From positions 1-64,000 of IMG/VR virus record IMGVR_UViG_3300012922_000007: a stretch of 64,000 nucleotides of DNA. One strand, written 5' to 3'. This DNA is from a virus. Below, one piece after another: positions 28,704 through 37,707 of this stretch. The stretch's first letter is position 1. Every line of letters begins with the position of its first letter. The notes below the pieces were generated by a model, which saw only the letters and a list, made by a program, of their open reading frames with translations, was not told the DNA's origin and did not search any database. Both the position numbers and the translations under genes were made by a program.

Positions 28704-30068
28704 ATGTGCGGTATTTTTTGTGTTGCAAATAAAGAGGGTTACGAGCCAAAATTGGATATAGCCATTCCAATTATGGCATTGATAATGGAAGAGAGGGGTA
28801 GACACAGTTTTGGCCTCTCTGATGGTGTGGAAATTATCAAAGACACGGGGCCAATTTCTTCTGGATTGACTGTAAACATGTTTACGGGAAAGAAGGAGCT
28901 AATAGCCCACACTAGACACGCCACTCACGGTTCTCAAACTAAACAAAACGCGCATCCTTTTGAATTCGGAGAAGGAGAAAATAAAATTATTGGTTTGCAC
29001 AATGGAGTATTAGTTAATCACGATAAGATGAACGAAGAACACAACAGAAAATTCGAGGTTGATTCTTGTCACATATTTCAGCATATTCTTGAAAACAAAC
29101 CACTTAAGGACATCCAGGGCTACGGTGCGGTAGCTTTCTTCCAGCGTGGTAAAATGTATCTTGGTAGATTTAATGGAGGCCAGCTGGCTATTGCAAGAAC
29201 AAAATTTGGAATAGTTGCGGCTTCGACTCAAGAAGCTGTTTACAAAGCTTTAAAAATATCCGGCTTGGAATTGGAATGTTTTTATGAGGTTCTGGATGAA
29301 AAACTTTATATGGTAGAAGAAGGTCTTTTATTTAACACTGACAGAGATTTCCGCTTCGGCTCTCGCTACCAGCCCATAACCAACAACTATCACGGACATT
29401 ACGAACCCCATGATTGGAGGCAAGGTTCGAATTACTATGAAGGAGCACGAGGCCGATGGATCAACAATCACTGGGAAGAGGGTAAATGGATCAACAAAGA
29501 TACATTTGTCCCAGGAGAATGGAAAACTGGTAAATTCACTCCGAATGACGAGGGCAAGGCTCAATTATTTCTCCTCGGAGATGGTAAATCTAAGAAGGGA
29601 AAGCAGAAGACCAAGAGGGCTGTCGCTGACTCAGATGCAGATAACTGCTGTCTATGTCAGTGTTTGTTCTCAGTCGAGGAAGAAACTTGGGACAGTCCCT
29701 TCGGTGAGTTATGCGATAGCTGCATGATGACTTGTTTTCGGGCTCAAATGGAAGAGGAGACCGAGGTCATTGAACTTGAAGCAACTATCGAGAACTCAGT
29801 AGGCGAGGGTATCCATAAACTGGACGATCCGTTTATTTCTACAACAGTCCGAGACTTTCTAAAGGAGCTAACAGATAAAGAAGCAGCAAGCAATAGATGC
29901 AATAAAGAGACAATGCAAGGATCGTGTGACGAATGTGCAGTTACAGTTAGCAACGATGATAAGATATTTGTTGATAAAGCCGACGGCCACATAGTAAAAT
30001 GGATTTTGTGTGTTGGATGTCATCATCAACTAACAACTCCATATAACACAGAATTTCCAATCTGTTAA
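28704..30068 (+). CDS. Class II (Ntn) glutamine amidotransferase with a Zn-binding C-terminal extension
   Basis: MCGIF start 6 nt after GGAGG; RG..S.G, HTRHATHG, NAHPF, HNGV, VDS motifs. Confidence 0.9.
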   Translation: MCGIFCVANKEGYEPKLDIAIPIMALIMEERGRHSFGLSDGVEIIKDTGPISSGLTVNMFTGKKELIAHTRHATHGSQTKQNAHPFEFGEGENKIIGLHNGVLVNHDKMNEEHNRKFEVDSCHIFQHILENKPLKDIQGYGAVAFFQRGKMYLGRFNGGQLAIARTKFGIVAASTQEAVYKALKISGLELECFYEVLDEKLYMVEEGLLFNTDRDFRFGSRYQPITNNYHGHYEPHDWRQGSNYYEGARGRWINNHWEEGKWINKDTFVPGEWKTGKFTPNDEGKAQLFLLGDGKSKKGKQKTKRAVADSDADNCCLCQCLFSVEEETWDSPFGELCDSCMMTCFRAQMEEETEVIELEATIENSVGEGIHKLDDPFISTTVRDFLKELTDKEAASNRCNKETMQGSCDECAVTVSNDDKIFVDKADGHIVKWILCVGCHHQLTTPYNTEFPIC

Positions 30069-30099
30069 GTCTTGAATCTGGATATCGAGGTCAAACTCC

Positions 30100-30408
30100 G
30101 TGTCCAGAATTGAGGATTTTATGGATAAACCTATTGGATTAATGATATACTCCAAAAACGAGGGAAACAAATATTATGTGTTTTGTAGTGTTTGTTCCAA
30201 AAATAATAAGATGTACTGGAGTAGCTTAGAACCCTTAAAAGGAAGATCGTGGCCAATTTACAGAGAGAATATCGGAGTTTTTGGCCAGAAATGCCATTGG
30301 AACGGATGTAGAAATTTTTTAGTAGAAGGTCATCTTGATTTATTTCCTAATCCGAATGACGAGCACCTCAGTCTAAACTCTCCCTCGGAGATACTAAATG
30401 GCGGATAA
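30100..30408 (+). CDS. CxxC paralog family member
   Basis: PIGL...YYVFCSVC...WPIYRENIG.FGQKC..C. Confidence 0.75.
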   Translation: MSRIEDFMDKPIGLMIYSKNEGNKYYVFCSVCSKNNKMYWSSLEPLKGRSWPIYRENIGVFGQKCHWNGCRNFLVEGHLDLFPNPNDEHLSLNSPSEILNGG

Positions 30409-30679
30409 ACCAATCGGCTACCTCGGATTTAATCGAAGAAATTGCGATCATCTGTGCTATTGGTGTATAAGATGTTACGAGCATTATAGTATAGCGAGGC
30501 GGAGTTATTGGAGTAACAACACGTGGCCGATATTCGAGGATCATCTCCAGAAGTTTAGACTTAAATGTCGTCAAGGATGTGGGAATATCCATAATCCGGA
30601 CGAGCCAGAAGAATTTTTAAATAGTGAACTTGTTGAAACTCTTGTCCCCGAATTATTCGACGAACCGGAGGAAGACTAA
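30398..30679 (+). CDS. CxxC paralog family member
   Basis: PIGY...WCIRC...WPIFEDH...KC..GC. Confidence 0.75.
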   Translation: MADKPIGYLGFNRRNCDHLCYWCIRCYEHYSIARRSYWSNNTWPIFEDHLQKFRLKCRQGCGNIHNPDEPEEFLNSELVETLVPELFDEPEED

Positions 30680-31068
30680 TGCCTTACGTTCCAGCGGGTA
30701 ATGCAACAAATAGACAGGCGACCTCGTATGTCCCTCTAGCACCTAGAGAATGGATTGATGATCCCGAGGGCATTGGATTTATATTGTATTATGCACCGTA
30801 TAGGAGGTATCACTGGTTTTGTAAGAAATGTTATTTAACTGATGAAAAATCATGGGATGCGTATAAAAGCGTGGATAGTGACGAGGGAAACGGTTTATTT
30901 TGGTCGTATAAGGACCAATTCAAAAATATGAGGCAAATTTGTGGTGTGGGGTCATGTACGTTTATTTTGGAAGGGATGGGTTTAAATACGTTTCCCAGTG
31001 ATACTGGAGCTTTACCCTCGCCTACCGAAATTTTAGCTCAAATTACGGGGAGAAACAATGTCAGGTAG
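30679..31068 (+). CDS. CxxC paralog family member
   Basis: GIGF...WFCKKC...QIC...C...LPSP.EI. Confidence 0.7.
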   Translation: MPYVPAGNATNRQATSYVPLAPREWIDDPEGIGFILYYAPYRRYHWFCKKCYLTDEKSWDAYKSVDSDEGNGLFWSYKDQFKNMRQICGVGSCTFILEGMGLNTFPSDTGALPSPTEILAQITGRNNVR

Positions 31069-31543
31069 ATCAGTAGTAGATGTTTGGTACCACGGTTGCC
31101 GCTACGAGGTTCTACGAGGTCAAGCACCTGGATGGGGACTAAGAATCTTCTTTAACGTAGAAGATGATGAGGATCTGTGGGTTCTCGACTCCAGTTCATC
31201 TGTAAAAACTAAGATTGATCCGATGGGAACATACTATGTCTCGCATTATGAGAGATTTTACTCTATCTCTAAGAAAGTAATAGGTTTCCGCAAGGAAGGT
31301 CCGAGGGTAACGCATATCAAGAGCGGGGATAAATTCGATAAATACGTAGACCGTCCGACGAAATGGACTCCGAATAACCGAGCAATCCTGAAGGATTTGG
31401 ATAGATATCGAATCTGGTTGACCTCGCAACCTGAATTGGTCGAGGCGGCTCGTAAAGAGTTGAAAAACAAGGTGTTAGGTTGCTGGCATAGTCCGAAGGC
31501 CGGATTTGCAGATATTTTGCTGAAAGTGGCTAACGAGGAATAA
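31058..31543 (+). CDS. DUF4326-like domain protein
   Basis: C-terminal DKYVDRPTKW.P...Y..WL...LKNKVLGCWHSP...ADIL...AN; appears degenerate at the usual Cys/His positions. Confidence 0.65.
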   Translation: MSGRSVVDVWYHGCRYEVLRGQAPGWGLRIFFNVEDDEDLWVLDSSSSVKTKIDPMGTYYVSHYERFYSISKKVIGFRKEGPRVTHIKSGDKFDKYVDRPTKWTPNNRAILKDLDRYRIWLTSQPELVEAARKELKNKVLGCWHSPKAGFADILLKVANEE

Positions 31544-31718
31544 CATGAAAAAGCCAAAGTTTCGTTCTGATCCGTTGACTAAAATTAGAGAACTTCTGGA
31601 TGAAAATAACCGCCAAAAGGAAGAAATATCAAGGCTCGAAAACAGAATATTAACCTTGGAAGCTAGAGTTCATATTTCTAATCTTCGAAACGAAATTGAC
31701 GATATTTAAAGGAATAAT

Positions 31719-31982
31719 ATGCCAGATACTCCTGTAGGATATCTACTGTGGTGGCCGAGGACAAAGAAATATTACCTGTATTGTACTATATGTGCAAGTG
31801 GGCCTCGAAGAGAACGTTGGACTACTGCACGAGGACCAAGTTGGCCAATCTATAAAGAACTAGTTGGAAATTATTCACAAAGATGCCACGATTGTGGAAG
31901 AATAACTTTTATGGGCGAAGATTTTCTGTTTCCGGACGAATTTTTGATAGGTTTACCCGGACCTGAGGCCATAAATGCCTGA
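31719..31982 (+). CDS. CxxC paralog family member
   Basis: PVGYLLWW...YCTIC...WPIYKE.VGNYSQRCHDC...LPGPE.I. Confidence 0.8.
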   Translation: MPDTPVGYLLWWPRTKKYYLYCTICASGPRRERWTTARGPSWPIYKELVGNYSQRCHDCGRITFMGEDFLFPDEFLIGLPGPEAINA

Positions 31983-32250
31983 AGAACCAATAGGATATCT
32001 GCTCTGGTGGAATCCGCAAAACCGATGGTTTTATTATTGCCCAGAATGTTCAAAAGTAAATATAAACCATTGGAGACAGCAGGAAGCCAAGTTTTGGCCA
32101 GTATACATTGAACATATAGGGAAATATTCTCAAAAATGTGGGAATTTTCACGAAAATGGTCGTTATAGTTTGTGCGGAGAAGTCTCTACTGTACTATTTG
32201 ACCAAGAATCACTTTTTACTTTGCCTAGACCCGAGGATATTCATGCGTAA
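31975..32250 (+). CDS. CxxC paralog family member
   Basis: PIGYLLWW...YCPEC...WPVYIEHIGKYSQKC...LPRPEDI. Confidence 0.8.
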   Translation: MPEEPIGYLLWWNPQNRWFYYCPECSKVNINHWRQQEAKFWPVYIEHIGKYSQKCGNFHENGRYSLCGEVSTVLFDQESLFTLPRPEDIHA

Positions 32251-32469
32251 AGACGCTCTTTTTCCTACTAAAACTAGCCTCGTGTTTAATTTCCGAGGTC
32301 TGCCCTCCTACACAGGAGGACATCGTTTTATTTGTGGCCATATTCAAATATGCGGGGATCATGTCCAACGAATCAAAGAACCCGACGTTTGCTGGGATTG
32401 TTTCAAGGCTATCCGTATTCTGGAAAGTTCTAAGAGTCATAGGGTAATTCAGAAAAGAACGAGGTCAAA

Positions 32470-32895
32470 ATGAGCGAGCCTGTTGCGTATTTGTTTTGGT
32501 ATACTTATGGGCCTAGGTGGTATATATTTTGTCCTAGATGTTATAGGGACAGCTGGACCCAAGAATCAAATAAGAAGTACATCTATCCGGTATTCGAGGA
32601 GTATGTTCAGAAATTCCATCTAATATGTCATTCTGGTTGTATTATATCAGGTAAAGAGGAAGATCCTATTTTTGTAAACGCAGATACTACCTCTTTGCCG
32701 TCTCCAAATGAAATTCGAGATGAAATTCGAGGAGAAAATCAGGCAGGCAGTAGTCCGAGTTTCAGAGTTCTGGAACCAATGATATTTAACATACCTGCCG
32801 AGCAGCCATCTCGGAATTATCGAAATTACTTTTCTTATTCTACTAGCACTGATATCTCCAATATCAGGATTGTTCCTAATACAGAGGAAATATGA
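32470..32895 (+). CDS. CxxC paralog family member
   Basis: PVAYLFW...FCPRC...YPVFEE...ICHSGC...LPSPNEI. Confidence 0.75.
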   Translation: MSEPVAYLFWYTYGPRWYIFCPRCYRDSWTQESNKKYIYPVFEEYVQKFHLICHSGCIISGKEEDPIFVNADTTSLPSPNEIRDEIRGENQAGSSPSFRVLEPMIFNIPAEQPSRNYRNYFSYSTSTDISNIRIVPNTEEI

Positions 32896-33048
32896 ACCTC
32901 GGAGACATTGGAGCTTGGGCAGGCGCTATTTTATCTTTAGTCTCGGCTATAGGCTACGCCTTCGCCGGGGATTATCGAAGGGCCTTGTACTTTGGATTCG
33001 CATTTGCTTTGACGTTAACGATTATCTGGAAATAACGAGGTCAAAAAC

Positions 33049-33861
33049 TTGAAATACATTCTTAGACGCCGAGGTATGGGCCGAGACTCGTGCCGACTGA
33101 TTGCACAACACAGCACCACGGGTCTCAAAGTTATTCGTAATGACAAATATCAACCCGAGGCCAATTTCCTATTCCGGTGGGGAACTCTCTCAAATGTCCG
33201 GAATCCGGAAAGAGAGATTAACTCTTCCGAGGCTATTCACCTAGCTGCGAATAAGGCAGAGTTTAGGAAGGTATTGCAAGAGGAAAATTTGGCCCCGAAG
33301 ACGTGGTACAATGGATTTGTGTCTTATCCTTGCATAGTCCGACCTTTGCAACATAGCGGAGGACAGAATTTATATGTTTGTAAGGACAGCCTCGATCTAC
33401 AAGCTGCAATTCGAGCGTGTAACGGACAATTTTACGCCTCGGAATTAATAAACAAGAAAGCCGAGTTTAGAGTATATACAGTATCTGGACGAGCCATAGG
33501 TGTGTCCCAGAAATTCCCTCGGGATGCTAATTCGGTTGCTTGGAACGCTAGATGCGGCGGTACGGTGCAGACTGTTAGCTGGGATAACTGGCCTCTACGT
33601 GTACTTAAGTCGGCTATTCGGGCTGATGAACTCTCTGGTTTAGATTTTGCTGCCCTCGATTTGATTGTGGATAACGAGGACAAAGTCTATGTCCTTGAAT
33701 CTAACAGTGCTCCGTCGGTGTCAGATTATCGTGCTAAGTGTTTTGCGAGAGCTTTCGATTATATTATTGCTAACGGAAAAACTCGAATTCCTCTTGTGGG
33801 GCGTCTTGGAGGATGGAGAAAATTTCTCCACCCGTCCTTGTCCTCGGAGGTTTGGCTATGA
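33049..33861 (+). CDS. RimK-like ATP-grasp ligase
   Basis: RWG, INS.EAI...ANK, YP.IVRP..H.GG, EFRV, GLDFAALD, VLESNSAP. Confidence 0.88.
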   Translation: MKYILRRRGMGRDSCRLIAQHSTTGLKVIRNDKYQPEANFLFRWGTLSNVRNPEREINSSEAIHLAANKAEFRKVLQEENLAPKTWYNGFVSYPCIVRPLQHSGGQNLYVCKDSLDLQAAIRACNGQFYASELINKKAEFRVYTVSGRAIGVSQKFPRDANSVAWNARCGGTVQTVSWDNWPLRVLKSAIRADELSGLDFAALDLIVDNEDKVYVLESNSAPSVSDYRAKCFARAFDYIIANGKTRIPLVGRLGGWRKFLHPSLSSEVWL

Positions 33862-34121
33862 ACGATCGAGTAGGGATATTACTGAAGGATACGCAGAAAC
33901 TATACTTCTTTTGTGCTTTCTGCGCCACTGGCTACGAAAACCTGAAAAGAAGGTATGGGTCGAACTGGGATATTTGGGATGTCTTCGAGGATCAAATCCC
34001 GGAGAACTGGGGCCAACCTTGTCAATCTGGAGGATGTACTAGAACACTAAGGGAAGGAATTCCTTTATTTGCCTCGGAGCTACAGATACAAGAGTTCTAT
34101 GAAATGGTGCAACTCGTATAA
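33858..34121 (+). CDS. CxxC paralog family member
   Basis: VGILL...LYFFCAFC...WDVFEDQIPE.WGQPC...C. Confidence 0.7.
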   Translation: MNDRVGILLKDTQKLYFFCAFCATGYENLKRRYGSNWDIWDVFEDQIPENWGQPCQSGGCTRTLREGIPLFASELQIQEFYEMVQLV

Positions 34122-34371
34122 TTTGTACTTCTTCTGTAACTTCTGTAACGATAGATATGATTTTGCAGGAGATAGAAACGAACGTTGGAAAATTTGGCCT
34201 GTATATTTAGAGCAAATACCAGAGCTATTTGGACAAAAATGTCATCAAGATGATTGTCTTCAGATACTAAAACCAGGTCCGTCGTTATACGAAACGATCT
34301 CGGATATGAGAAAAGATTATAGCATGGTGTCTTTGTATAGGAGGAATAGTGCATCCTCTGGACAGGTTTGA
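34099..34371 (+). CDS. CxxC paralog family member
   Basis: LYFFCNFC...WPVYLEQIPELFGQKC...C; closest to the preceding copy. Confidence 0.7.
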   Translation: MKWCNSYNLYFFCNFCNDRYDFAGDRNERWKIWPVYLEQIPELFGQKCHQDDCLQILKPGPSLYETISDMRKDYSMVSLYRRNSASSGQV

Positions 34372-34776
34372 TAGTTTCGAGGGCATTTCTAATGAGGAAT
34401 TGGCCTCGGTTTATTATGAGGCGCTTAGAGAAAGTGACCTCGATTTACCATGGTTAGAGAAAGAGATGCAAAGACGAGGATTACTTGGAATTACATAGGA
34501 GGAAATATGTTGACTTGTTCGTGCGGTTCAGTACTTGTAAGTGATGGAACTACGTTTCGATGCCCCTGGGCCTCGGATAAGAATTACCACACCAAACCAC
34601 CTGTTGACCTCGCAGATCTCCGAGTTACCACAATAGACGGACAAGCGAGGATAAAGGGAAAGAAGATCGGGAGGTTAATCAATGTCTAAGCCTAGTTACT
34701 TTTGGACGTTTATTGAAGGATTTTTCTTTGGATTTCTTTTAGCTTCATTATTGGGAATAGTGAGGGAGGTGCTTCG

Positions 34777-35127
34777 ATGAGAGGACATCCGGCGCAAAAA
34801 GCCTTTGAAATTGACCTTTCGGATGCCCTCGCGAAATTTAACGCTAAAACACGAGGTCGAAGCACTGAAGCGCAGCAATGGAAGCAACTTTTCGTGGCTG
34901 CGACCCTCTGCGGATTCGATATTCAGGTCTTGGACGTTGACCTCGTAGTAGTCACAGAAATCCAGAATCCGGACAAAGATATGACGGATAGATGGACGAG
35001 GAACAGGGACTTGTATTGTCAGCAGCGGGCTATTGTACAGAACGATATCAACAGTTCATATCCGGAACGTTGGCAACCTAATAGCCTCGATTTAGAAATA
35101 ATGAAGGACCTCGGAATTAGTGTTTAG
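34777..35127 (+). CDS. Hypothetical protein
   Basis: GGAGG RBS, 116 aa. Confidence 0.6.
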   Translation: MRGHPAQKAFEIDLSDALAKFNAKTRGRSTEAQQWKQLFVAATLCGFDIQVLDVDLVVVTEIQNPDKDMTDRWTRNRDLYCQQRAIVQNDINSSYPERWQPNSLDLEIMKDLGISV

Positions 35128-35378
35128 TCCTCGGAAATAGACGGAGCTTGAACCGGGTCTGGTAATTTGACCACGCCCGCAACAAAGCCGTTTGGATCGG
35201 CGGGCAAAACTACGGCAATTTGGATAACAATCACTGGTTGTCTGGCAGGAGTCCCGTCTAACCCGAGGCCGGAAGATTCATCAATTATAGAACCAAAGGC
35301 TGTGTTGCCAAGACCCATTGAGAAGGCAATTCGGCTATTCTTGGAAAGTATTTGTCCACTAGTATCACGAAAAACCAT
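35124..35378 (-). CDS. Hypothetical protein (lone leftward gene in the rightward arm)
   Basis: GAGGT RBS on the minus strand, protein-like composition, and leftward promoter site 3 upstream. Confidence 0.55.
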   Translation of the reverse strand: MVFRDTSGQILSKNSRIAFSMGLGNTAFGSIIDESSGLGLDGTPARQPVIVIQIAVVLPADPNGFVAGVVKLPDPVQAPSISED

Positions 35379-35394
35379 TGAAAGGACCTCGTAT

Positions 35395-35883
35395 ATGATT
35401 GATATTAAAACAGCTATTGAAAAATATGGAGCTTGTGAGCACGGGATAATGCCTTATGATACTCCCGATCCGATAAGTCGAAATAATCCTTGCATTTTAT
35501 GCAAAAGAGAATCAACTCTATTAGCACTAAGAAAACGATTTTTATCGGGTAAAACCCAGGCCGATGTAGCTAAGCGTCGAATGCACATATGGAACGCAGG
35601 AGGCAATTTTACTCCAGAAGAATGGCTAGAACGTTTTGACTATTGGGGTAAATGTTGTGTTTTGTGTAATATAGAACTAACCTTACAGAAAAAACACTCT
35701 AATACTGCAACTGTGGGTCATTTGATCCCGGTATCAGAAAAATGGCCGAATAGCAGCAACGAAGCTTGGAATATCGCTCCAATGTGTAAATCTTGTAATT
35801 CCTCTCAAGGAGACCGATATGCTTTAGAAGAATATCCTAAGGGATCTAAAATACTTAGAAAATTCTACAAACACTCTATCTAG
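35395..35883 (+). CDS. HNH endonuclease
   Basis: GNFT.EEW...CVLC...TVGHLIP.S...N.AWNIAP.CKSCNSSQG; likely start 35395. Confidence 0.8.
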   Translation: MIDIKTAIEKYGACEHGIMPYDTPDPISRNNPCILCKRESTLLALRKRFLSGKTQADVAKRRMHIWNAGGNFTPEEWLERFDYWGKCCVLCNIELTLQKKHSNTATVGHLIPVSEKWPNSSNEAWNIAPMCKSCNSSQGDRYALEEYPKGSKILRKFYKHSI

Positions 35884-35912
35884 TTAGACGAAGAGAGCAT
35901 AGAAAAAGGTGC
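35876..35912 (-). promoter_or_regulatory. Phage ECF-sigma-type promoter (site 3, leftward)
   Basis: GCACC-TTTTTCTATGCTCTCTT(17)-CGTCTAACTAGATAG. Confidence 0.7.
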
Positions 35913-35930
35913 GAAATGTTGTCTAAAAAC

Positions 35931-35967
35931 GCGCCTTTTTGTACGTTTTGATCGTCAAATTAAACAG
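35931..35967 (+). promoter_or_regulatory. Phage ECF-sigma-type promoter (site 4, upstream of the sigma operon)
   Basis: GCGCC-TTTTTGTACGTTTTGAT(17)-CGTCAAATTAAACAG. Confidence 0.75.
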
Positions 35968-35979
35968 AGAAAGGTTCAC

Positions 35980-36144
35980 ATGAACGACTTTCCATATCTA
36001 CATTCCGAGGACATCGGCACATCTCCAGTCGGGTTCGTATATTCACAGCCAGTGTTCTACTACTATCCTCAATCTGCTGAAAATAGAGAGGTTGTGCGAC
36101 GGCGTCAATTAATTGACCTCGGACGAGGTGAGACTCGTGACTGA
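35980..36144 (+). CDS. 54-aa leader ORF coupled to the sigma gene
   Basis: Not in the ORF track. AAAGG RBS, MNDFPYLHSED...; its stop overlaps the sigma start region (GTGACTGA). Confidence 0.5.
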   Translation: MNDFPYLHSEDIGTSPVGFVYSQPVFYYYPQSAENREVVRRRQLIDLGRGETRD

Positions 36145-36712
36145 ACTATTGGGCGAAGTTTTATCATACGATCCATCAGGAGTACGAGAAGATACGGAAC
36201 TGATTGAATCCTACAAAAACGGAGATACCGAAGCATTTGGTAAGCTATTCGAAAAATACAAGCATTTTGTCTATAATTGCTGTATTAAGGCACTAAAAAA
36301 TCCGGAAGATGCCGAGGATGTTTCTCAGAATGTTTGGGTTCATTTTTCAGCCTATCTCTTTCAATTTAAAGAAGATTGTTCTGTTCGCACGATTCTTTTC
36401 CGAATTTCAAAAGATCGCTCCATAGACTATATTCGTCAGAAAGATACGAGGTCAGAAGAAGAACAATATTCTCCTGAAGACTTGAAGGAATTATATGCCT
36501 ATTCCAAAGAATCCCCCGACCAGGATCTCCTAGTAAATGATATGCTTAAGTCGCTTGAACCCGAGGAAAAAGCCCTCGTAATTGCTATGGTATTCGAGGG
36601 TCATACAGGCGAGGAAGATGATCTAGCAGGCAAACTTGGAGTTGCGAGGTCAACCGTAAGTCGCAGATTAGACAGAGCTTTAGAGAAATTACGAGGTGAA
36701 ATTAATGGTTGA
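36137..36712 (+). CDS. ECF-type RNA polymerase sigma factor
   Basis: Region 2 (GD.EAF..L...Y, DAEDVSQ, LFRI...R.IDYIR) and region 4 HTH (LAGKLGVARSTVSRRLDRALEKLR). Start probably GTG at 36137. Confidence 0.9.
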   Translation: MTELLGEVLSYDPSGVREDTELIESYKNGDTEAFGKLFEKYKHFVYNCCIKALKNPEDAEDVSQNVWVHFSAYLFQFKEDCSVRTILFRISKDRSIDYIRQKDTRSEEEQYSPEDLKELYAYSKESPDQDLLVNDMLKSLEPEEKALVIAMVFEGHTGEEDDLAGKLGVARSTVSRRLDRALEKLRGEING

Positions 36713-37041
36713 CCATGAATTCTCAGACTCAGTTGAGAAGAATAAAGAACTATTGACGAGGTTGGTCGATTGTAACGATTGTGCTGTTAGGTGGAGTTGT
36801 TCATTAGAGGCGGATGGCCCCTAGTTCGGAAAATGTCCGAGGCATAAAAACGAGCCACAGGAGAAGCCGTGAGCGAGACTGTTAAATGTCCTAGGTGCGG
36901 CGGGCCAGGGCGACACTCAGGCCCAATCTGTCCGTTCTGTGACGATTGTTGTGCCCAGGAGGGTTACGAGGTCGCGCTCGACCCGTTCTCGCGATTCTTT
37001 GAGAAAATTCGCTGGATAGCCCGACACTGGAGAAAACTGCT

Positions 37042-37707
37042 ATGAACGAAGATTGGTCGAATAAGAACGATTTCGCGTCGGGGCAAAATGCGGGGCACAC
37101 CTCCGCGCCGCCCGCTCCAGAGTGCACTTGCGGCTCGCATCCATTGGCTCCTCTTTATCACACGCCAACTTGCCCGAAGGCTTCTGCGGCACAACGCAAG
37201 CCCGCTCCTCCCGCACCCGCAGAATGCCAGAATTGCGATGAGCCGAAAGAGTGGCATGGCTCTGAAGCAGGGAAGATGCATCACGAATTTAATCCCAAGA
37301 GCGCACCCGCGGCGCCCTGCCCAGAATGCAATCGTCCGACTGTTCACACGGCCACAATCTCAGGAATATGCCTATGCGTCTGCAACACATGCAAGCAACC
37401 ATTTATCGGCGCACCCGCAGCGCAAGAGACGGCGGACATTTGGAAGGAATGGGATAGCGACTCGCAACTTGTTAAATGGGCGGATTCTCGTGCCGCTTCT
37501 CTGAAAGACTCTCTAGAAATTCTCGGAGGTCGCGCCGACTTGGAGAAAATGCGAGCAGATATTGCTGAGGAGAAGGTAGAGAGTCTACAACGAGACAATG
37601 TGGTATTACTGGATGCGTTAGAGAAAGCGCAAGGTGAAAAGATTGAGGCCGAGATTAGTATCCGGAATCTGGAAAATACCCTCGAACAGAGCAAGGGAAA
37701 AGATTAA
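37042..37707 (+). CDS. Mosaic hypothetical protein (Cys/His modules plus coiled coil)
   Basis: GGAGA RBS; locally higher GC; modules separated by APAA/PAPA linkers. Confidence 0.55.
   Translation: MNEDWSNKNDFASGQNAGHTSAPPAPECTCGSHPLAPLYHTPTCPKASAAQRKPAPPAPAECQNCDEPKEWHGSEAGKMHHEFNPKSAPAAPCPECNRPTVHTATISGICLCVCNTCKQPFIGAPAAQETADIWKEWDSDSQLVKWADSRAASLKDSLEILGGRADLEKMRADIAEEKVESLQRDNVVLLDALEKAQGEKIEAEISIRNLENTLEQSKGKD

Noticed and set aside
30100-34371. Diversity-generating retroelement behind the paralogs
   Set aside because: No reverse transcriptase in the window and no near-identical TR/VR pair differing at adenines.
35167-35394. N-terminal extension of the HNH ORF in the track
   Set aside because: It is the antisense of the 35124-35378 gene; an ATG with an AAAGGA RBS at 35395 is more plausible.
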